Made by a program: the position numbers and the translations under genes
Assembly: GCA_026395055.1 (NCBI GenBank)
Contig: JAPLZK010000003.1
Location: forward strand, 99,855-163,854
Length of the DNA stretch: 64,000 nucleotides
DNA from: Candidatus Uhrbacteria bacterium
GTDB lineage: Bacteria; Patescibacteriota; Patescibacteriia; UBA9934; GWF2-40-263
Reading direction: 5' to 3'
Part shown: piece after piece, positions 59,213-64,000 of the stretch
Numbering within the stretch: position 1 is the first letter of the stretch
How the letters are laid out: the number at the start of each line of letters is the position of its first letter
Notes under the pieces: generated by a model
The model's database searches: none
What the model was told of the DNA's origin: nothing
The model's input: only the letters and a program-made list of their open reading frames with translations

Positions 59213-62143
59213 ATGAATCTCCTTGAAGACCTGAATCCAGAACAAATCTCCGCTGTAACCCACACGACAGGGCCGCTTATGATTGTGGCTGGGGCCGGAA
59301 CAGGGAAGACAACGGTGGTAACCAAACGTATTGCATGGCTTATCGAACAAGGGCTCGCAAAACCTGAGCAGATTCTTTCGCTTACATTTACGGACAAGGC
59401 GGCCGGTGAAATGGAAGAGCGTGTTGATCTGTTGTTGCCGTATGGGTATGTAGATCTTCAGATATCGACCTTCCACGCGTTTTGTGAACGTCTGCTTAGA
59501 GAATATGGAGCGGAAATTGGACTCGCACGCGACTTTAAGCTTTCGACAGAACTCGACACCTGGCTTTTGATGCGTCAGCATTTTGATAAGTTCATTCTCG
59601 ATTACTATCGTCCACTCGGAAACCCAACCAAGTATCTCAAGGGTTTCCTTTCACATTTTTCGAGATTAAAGGATCAAGCCATTGATCCGGATTTTTATCT
59701 TAAGTTCGTCGAAGAGCATGTTCTCGACAAGGATGACAAACAATCTGATGAAGATATCGAATCGGAAATGAAACGTTTAAGTGAGCTTGCGAATGCGTAT
59801 CAGACACATCAATCTATTCTTCAAGAGCACGATGCGCTCGACTTTGGTGATCTTATTTTGTATGCATTGAAACTCCTCCGTGATCGACCACGTATTTTAA
59901 AACTCGTTCGTGACAAGTTTCGTTTCGTGCTTGTCGATGAGTTTCAGGACACAAACCACGCGCAGTATGAACTCGTAAAACTGATCGCGGCGCCAAGCAA
60001 TAACCTGACCATTGTTGGAGATGATGATCAATCGATCTATCATTTTCGAGGTGCGTCCCTCGAGAATATCTTACGTTTTGAAACAGACTTCCCAGATACC
60101 GTTCGAGTTGTACTAACCAAGAACTACCGATCCACTCAATCTATTCTCGATCACGCGCACACCTTCATCCAGATGAACAATCCATACCGTCTTGAGACAA
60201 GAAGCGGATTAACCAAACGTTTAATCGCACATTCTGAGAAGACGGGAACGATTGAACACATTCATTGCTCAACACTTGAAGACGAAGTTCTCTCTGTTGT
60301 GAAGAAGATCGATGAGCTAAAAGAACAAGATCCCAATTTAGGTTGGGACGATTTTGCGATTCTCGTCCGATCAAACAGTGCTGGCGACGATTTTGCAACC
60401 GCATTTGATCGTCACGGAATCCCATTTCAGTTTCTGGCTCTCTCAGGACTTTATACAAAGCCGGTCATTCTCGACCTGCTCGCGTTCATGCAGGTGATTG
60501 ATCGACCATTTGAGAGCCCAAGCTTCTATCGTGTCCTCACGTCGCCCATGTACGGAATCGATGCGCGTTCAATCGCCGAACTAAATCTTCTTGCTCAAAT
60601 GAAGGGGAAGTCACTTTTCGAGGCATGTGAAATGGCTTCGTCGATCTCTGCGCTTACACCTGAGATTCTCGAGAAACTTCGAACGATCCTCACGCAACTA
60701 AATGAACTTAGAACTTCCTTGAAAGGAAAGCCTGCAACAGAATGTTTTAAACAACTCGTTCGAAAGCTTGGTTATATTGAATATCTGAGCGCACGACCAG
60801 AGGCGGAGAAAATGGAGTCTTTTCGTTATCTCAATCAATTCCTAGAACGTGTAAAATCGTTTGAAACGCGTAACGATCAAAAGACGTTGCACGCTTTTCT
60901 TGAAGAGTTTGCACACGAGCGTGATGCGGGTGAGGAAGGCTCGCTCTCGGTTGATTTTGAAACAGGGCCAGAACTTGTACGCATCATGACGGTTCATGCT
61001 TCAAAAGGTCTTGAGTTTAAACACGTATTCATCGTAAATCTTGTTGACAGAAGATTCCCAGCGCAGGCACGTGGGGAAACGATTCCGATTCCGGATGGGC
61101 TCTTCGAGAACGCAAACGAACATGACGATGCGCACATACACGAGGAGCGCCGGTTATTTTATGTTGCGATGACACGTGCCAAAGAAGGATTGTATTTCAC
61201 TTCTGCGGATGATTATGGCGGATCGAGGGCGCGTAAGCTATCAAGATTCCTTCACGAACTCGGGTACGAGAAACCGGATGGAAAGGATCGCTCGCTCGTG
61301 CACTTGTTTGACGAGGATCGGGGGGAACAAGAGGAGCACATTTCGAAAACCGAGATTTCCATTCCGGTACCAAAACAATTCTCGTTTACACAACTTGCTG
61401 CATTTAAAACGTGTCCGTATCAATACAAATTCGCCCATATTCTGAAAGTGCCCGTCTTTGGTCGCTGGACGTTTTCATTTGGAAAAACCATGCACAACAC
61501 GCTGCAAAACTTTTTTACGCTTTGGCTTGAACGTACGGGGATGAAGCAAGCGTCATTGTTCGGTACAACCTCGAATGCAACAAATCCAATACCTGTCACA
61601 GAAAAGGACCTTCTCGACCTTTATACACATGCTTGGATTGATGATTGGTATGAAGATGATAGACAACGTGAAGAGTATCGCACAAAAGGAAAAGAGTCTC
61701 TGCTTGCGTATTTCCGATCGTTTGCCGAGCATCGACCAAGTCCGCTCTTTCTCGAACAAGGATTCACCCTGAAGTTCGGCGATGTTGTGTTGAAAGGACG
61801 GATCGACCGTATGGATGCGTTTGAAGATGGGGTTGAGATTATTGATTATAAAACAGGTTCACCAAAGACGGAGAAGACGCTGAAACCGGAAGATCGCGAA
61901 CAGTTGTATTTGTATCAAATGGCTGCAATCGACGTGCTCGGACTCAAGCCAATGAAACTCACGTATCACTATCTTGAAGACAACTCAGACGTTTCGTTTA
62001 TTGGAACAGACGATCAGCTTGCTGTTTTGCGACAAAACATTATTGATCGCGTCCAAATGATTCGCAAAAGCCAATTCGAAGCGACTCCGGGTTTTCATTG
62101 TCGTTTTTGTGACTTCGCGGATATTTGTGAATTCAGACAGTAG
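59213..62143 (+). CDS. UvrD/PcrA-family helicase fused to C-terminal PD-(D/E)XK (RecB/Cas4-like) nuclease with 4-Cys site
   Basis: AGAGTGKT, VDEFQDTN, GDDDQSIY.FRGA, TVHASKGLEF, EERRLFYVAMTRA; CP...GRIDR..IIDYKTG...Q..LY...CRFCDFADIC. Confidence 0.93.
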   Translation: MNLLEDLNPEQISAVTHTTGPLMIVAGAGTGKTTVVTKRIAWLIEQGLAKPEQILSLTFTDKAAGEMEERVDLLLPYGYVDLQISTFHAFCERLLREYGAEIGLARDFKLSTELDTWLLMRQHFDKFILDYYRPLGNPTKYLKGFLSHFSRLKDQAIDPDFYLKFVEEHVLDKDDKQSDEDIESEMKRLSELANAYQTHQSILQEHDALDFGDLILYALKLLRDRPRILKLVRDKFRFVLVDEFQDTNHAQYELVKLIAAPSNNLTIVGDDDQSIYHFRGASLENILRFETDFPDTVRVVLTKNYRSTQSILDHAHTFIQMNNPYRLETRSGLTKRLIAHSEKTGTIEHIHCSTLEDEVLSVVKKIDELKEQDPNLGWDDFAILVRSNSAGDDFATAFDRHGIPFQFLALSGLYTKPVILDLLAFMQVIDRPFESPSFYRVLTSPMYGIDARSIAELNLLAQMKGKSLFEACEMASSISALTPEILEKLRTILTQLNELRTSLKGKPATECFKQLVRKLGYIEYLSARPEAEKMESFRYLNQFLERVKSFETRNDQKTLHAFLEEFAHERDAGEEGSLSVDFETGPELVRIMTVHASKGLEFKHVFIVNLVDRRFPAQARGETIPIPDGLFENANEHDDAHIHEERRLFYVAMTRAKEGLYFTSADDYGGSRARKLSRFLHELGYEKPDGKDRSLVHLFDEDRGEQEEHISKTEISIPVPKQFSFTQLAAFKTCPYQYKFAHILKVPVFGRWTFSFGKTMHNTLQNFFTLWLERTGMKQASLFGTTSNATNPIPVTEKDLLDLYTHAWIDDWYEDDRQREEYRTKGKESLLAYFRSFAEHRPSPLFLEQGFTLKFGDVVLKGRIDRMDAFEDGVEIIDYKTGSPKTEKTLKPEDREQLYLYQMAAIDVLGLKPMKLTYHYLEDNSDVSFIGTDDQLAVLRQNIIDRVQMIRKSQFEATPGFHCRFCDFADICEFRQ

Positions 62144-62147
62144 AAAT

Positions 62148-62215
62148 AAAGACGAGTATCGAAAGACGAAATCCGAAAACCAGTCTTCGATTTTCGATAT
62201 TCTGATTTCGAATTT
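62148..62215. repeat. Inverted arrays of degenerate heptamers
   Basis: AAAGACG AGTATCG AAAGACG AAATCCG AAAAC ... CGATTTT CGATATT CTGATTT CGAATTT; same family as 49862. Confidence 0.75.
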
Positions 62216-62234
62216 TATGTTATCCTTTCTGCGT

Positions 62235-62558
62235 ATGGGAATGTCTTCAATGAAACAGTTGGTTCGACGACAAATCACAAGAAAACAATTTGGAACTGCC
62301 ATCACTTCGTCACAGATTGTTGGATGGGGGAATGAGTTTTTGCGCGATGTCTTGCCGTTTGATAAAGATGCAGATGCTCGAGTAGTGTCTTACAAAGACG
62401 GCATGCTAAAAATTGTGACAAAGAGCGGTTCCACAACACAATACCTAAAGGAGTTTGAGGAAGAACTCAGAAATCGGATGATGGAAAAATTTCAAGATAC
62501 GAAGCTAGATAAAATTATTTTCCAAATCAATCGCGCTCTCCTAGAAGAATCTCTATGA
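62235..62558 (+). CDS. DciA/DUF721-like protein
   Basis: ARVVSYKDGMLKIVTKSG...L...EEEL pattern; about 107 aa. Confidence 0.6.
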   Translation: MGMSSMKQLVRRQITRKQFGTAITSSQIVGWGNEFLRDVLPFDKDADARVVSYKDGMLKIVTKSGSTTQYLKEFEEELRNRMMEKFQDTKLDKIIFQINRALLEESL

Positions 62559-62935
62559 GTTTACGTCTGTACCTTATTATCATGGCTCTTGTAAGCATCT
62601 GTGCCTGGATCGCCTGGTTCATTGTGATCCACGCGATTGATCCAACCAAGTCTGGATTTCTTGGATTCTTTTTATTTTTTGTTACGCTTGCCGTCTCTTT
62701 CCTATCAAGTGTAACACTGCTTGGAACGCTTGTTCGTGTCTGGCTCAAAAAAGATCAGGTTGTTTATAGACATGTTATACGTTCCCTTAGACAGGGGATC
62801 ATTCTCACATCGCTCTTTTTAGTTGCAATCATCTTGTCAGGGGTGGGTCTTTTGGTCTGGTGGGTACTCATGCTTCTTGTCCTTATTGCGACGGTTTTAG
62901 AGCTTATCTTTCTTGGTTCCACAGAACCTTCTTGA
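62555..62935 (+). CDS. Hypothetical 4-TM membrane protein
   Basis: IDP after TM1, SLRQG motif; ATGA overlap with the previous gene. Confidence 0.75.
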   Translation: MSLRLYLIIMALVSICAWIAWFIVIHAIDPTKSGFLGFFLFFVTLAVSFLSSVTLLGTLVRVWLKKDQVVYRHVIRSLRQGIILTSLFLVAIILSGVGLLVWWVLMLLVLIATVLELIFLGSTEPS

Positions 62936-63022
62936 ACACGAAAATTATCGTTGATGTGTCTTGATGGATCCGCCAATATTTTGTAAAATAGATGAACAAA
63001 TGTCATCTTTTTTGTTCTCACT

Positions 63023-64000
63023 ATGTTTGATAAATTCTTCGGACAATTCTCAAGAGATCTTGGAATTGATCTTGGTACATCGCACACACTTGTTTATTCA
63101 AAAGAAGGTGGAATCATTATTAATGAACCATCCATTGTTGCGGTAAACACAAGAACAGATCAAATTTTAGCCGTGGGAAAAGATGCAAAGGACATGCTTG
63201 GAAAAACTCCGCCACACATCTCCATCACAAAACCATTGCAAAAAGGAGTCATCTCAGATTTTGAAGTCACAGAAAAGATGTTGAAGTATTTTATTGATAA
63301 AGCCTACACGGATTCTTTTACGTTCGTTCCGCGTCCACGTATTGTTATCGGTGTTCCTCTTGAAACAACAGAGGTTGAACGCAAGGCTGTTGAAGATGCA
63401 GCGTTGTCAGCCGGAGCGCGTAAAGTGTATCTCGTTGAAAATCCCATGCTTGCAGCTCTTGGTGCGCGTCTCCCACTTTCTGAATCTATCGGAATGATGA
63501 TTGTAGACCTAGGCGGGGGAACAACAGAAATTGCGGTCATGTCGCTTGCAGGAATTGTAACCTGGAAATCTTTAGACATTGCCGGAGACGAGTTGAATAA
63601 AAATATTATTCAATACGCGAGAGACATGTTTAATCTTTTACTTGGAGAACGCGTGGCAGAAAAAGTGAAGATGCGTATTGGTTCTGCAATTCCACAAGAA
63701 ACACCGCTTGTCATGGAAATGCGCGGTCGTGACCTTATTACAGGTCTTCCAAAAGAAATCATCGTGACAGACACGCAGATTCGTGAAGCCATGGATCGTT
63801 CCATTCGCACCATTATTGAACAAATCAAAGCAACACTTGAAAAAACCCCACCGGAACTTGTGGCGGATATTTATGAGCGGGGAATTGTCCTCACGGGTGG
63901 CGGTGCACTTTTGCGGGGATTAGACGTGCTTATTAGTCGTCACGCAGAAATTCCCGTACGTGTTGCAGAAGATCCTGTTACATCTGTTGTTCGCGGAGCG
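63023..64000 (+). CDS. mreB: Rod shape-determining protein MreB, 3'-truncated
   Basis: DLGIDLGT, NEPSIVA, GVISDFE, TEVERKAV, VDLGGGTTEIAV, LTGGGALL; runs off the window end. Confidence 0.95.
   Translation, partial: MFDKFFGQFSRDLGIDLGTSHTLVYSKEGGIIINEPSIVAVNTRTDQILAVGKDAKDMLGKTPPHISITKPLQKGVISDFEVTEKMLKYFIDKAYTDSFTFVPRPRIVIGVPLETTEVERKAVEDAALSAGARKVYLVENPMLAALGARLPLSESIGMMIVDLGGGTTEIAVMSLAGIVTWKSLDIAGDELNKNIIQYARDMFNLLLGERVAEKVKMRIGSAIPQETPLVMEMRGRDLITGLPKEIIVTDTQIREAMDRSIRTIIEQIKATLEKTPPELVADIYERGIVLTGGGALLRGLDVLISRHAEIPVRVAEDPVTSVVRGA

Noticed and set aside
59213-62143. Cas4/CRISPR or defence system based on the C-terminal 4-Cys nuclease
   Set aside because: It is fused to a UvrD helicase as in AddAB/AdnAB-like repair enzymes, and no repeat-spacer array or cas genes occur in the window.

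Overview
Gene-dense bacterial chromosomal window (standard genetic code) that looks like a Patescibacteria/CPR (Parcubacteria-type) genome. That placement is inferred from the short ATP synthase delta subunit, the DUF5671-like and UvrD+PD-(D/E)XK genes, and mostly Shine-Dalgarno-less housekeeping genes. Content: a zinc/copper cluster (zur, Zur box, znuACB, copA), two ABC-F ATPases, pyrF/pyrE, a GuaB1-type gene, greA, cspA, msrA/msrB, a DEAD-box helicase, cfa, htrA, pepA, ahpC/sod, rsmI-metG-cvpA-tatD, a complete F1Fo ATP synthase operon, a six-gene group-4-hydrogenase-related (Ehr/Hyf-like) membrane complex, a helicase-nuclease, a dciA-like gene and partial mreB. Most notable observations: (1) the Hyf/Ehr-like complex has lost the NiFe ligands and all four canonical Fe-S cysteines of its small subunit. 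It has no ferredoxin-like subunit, lies just after the ATP synthase operon, and is bracketed by two paralogous beta-carbonic-anhydrase-like genes, one with intact Zn ligands and one degenerate. (2) A tail-to-tail pair of large orphan paralogues. (3) A three-gene cluster presenting one 4-Cys/DxDxDG domain as a membrane-anchored protein, a lipoprotein and a type IV pilin. (4) An unannotated 37-aa very basic protein with its own promoter and terminator. (5) Several families of small palindromic or heptamer repeats, some inserted in frame in genes. (6) A split between SD-led orphan genes and SD-less core genes. No tRNA, rRNA, CRISPR array, integrase or transposase was recognised. All calls are by eye; no searches were run.
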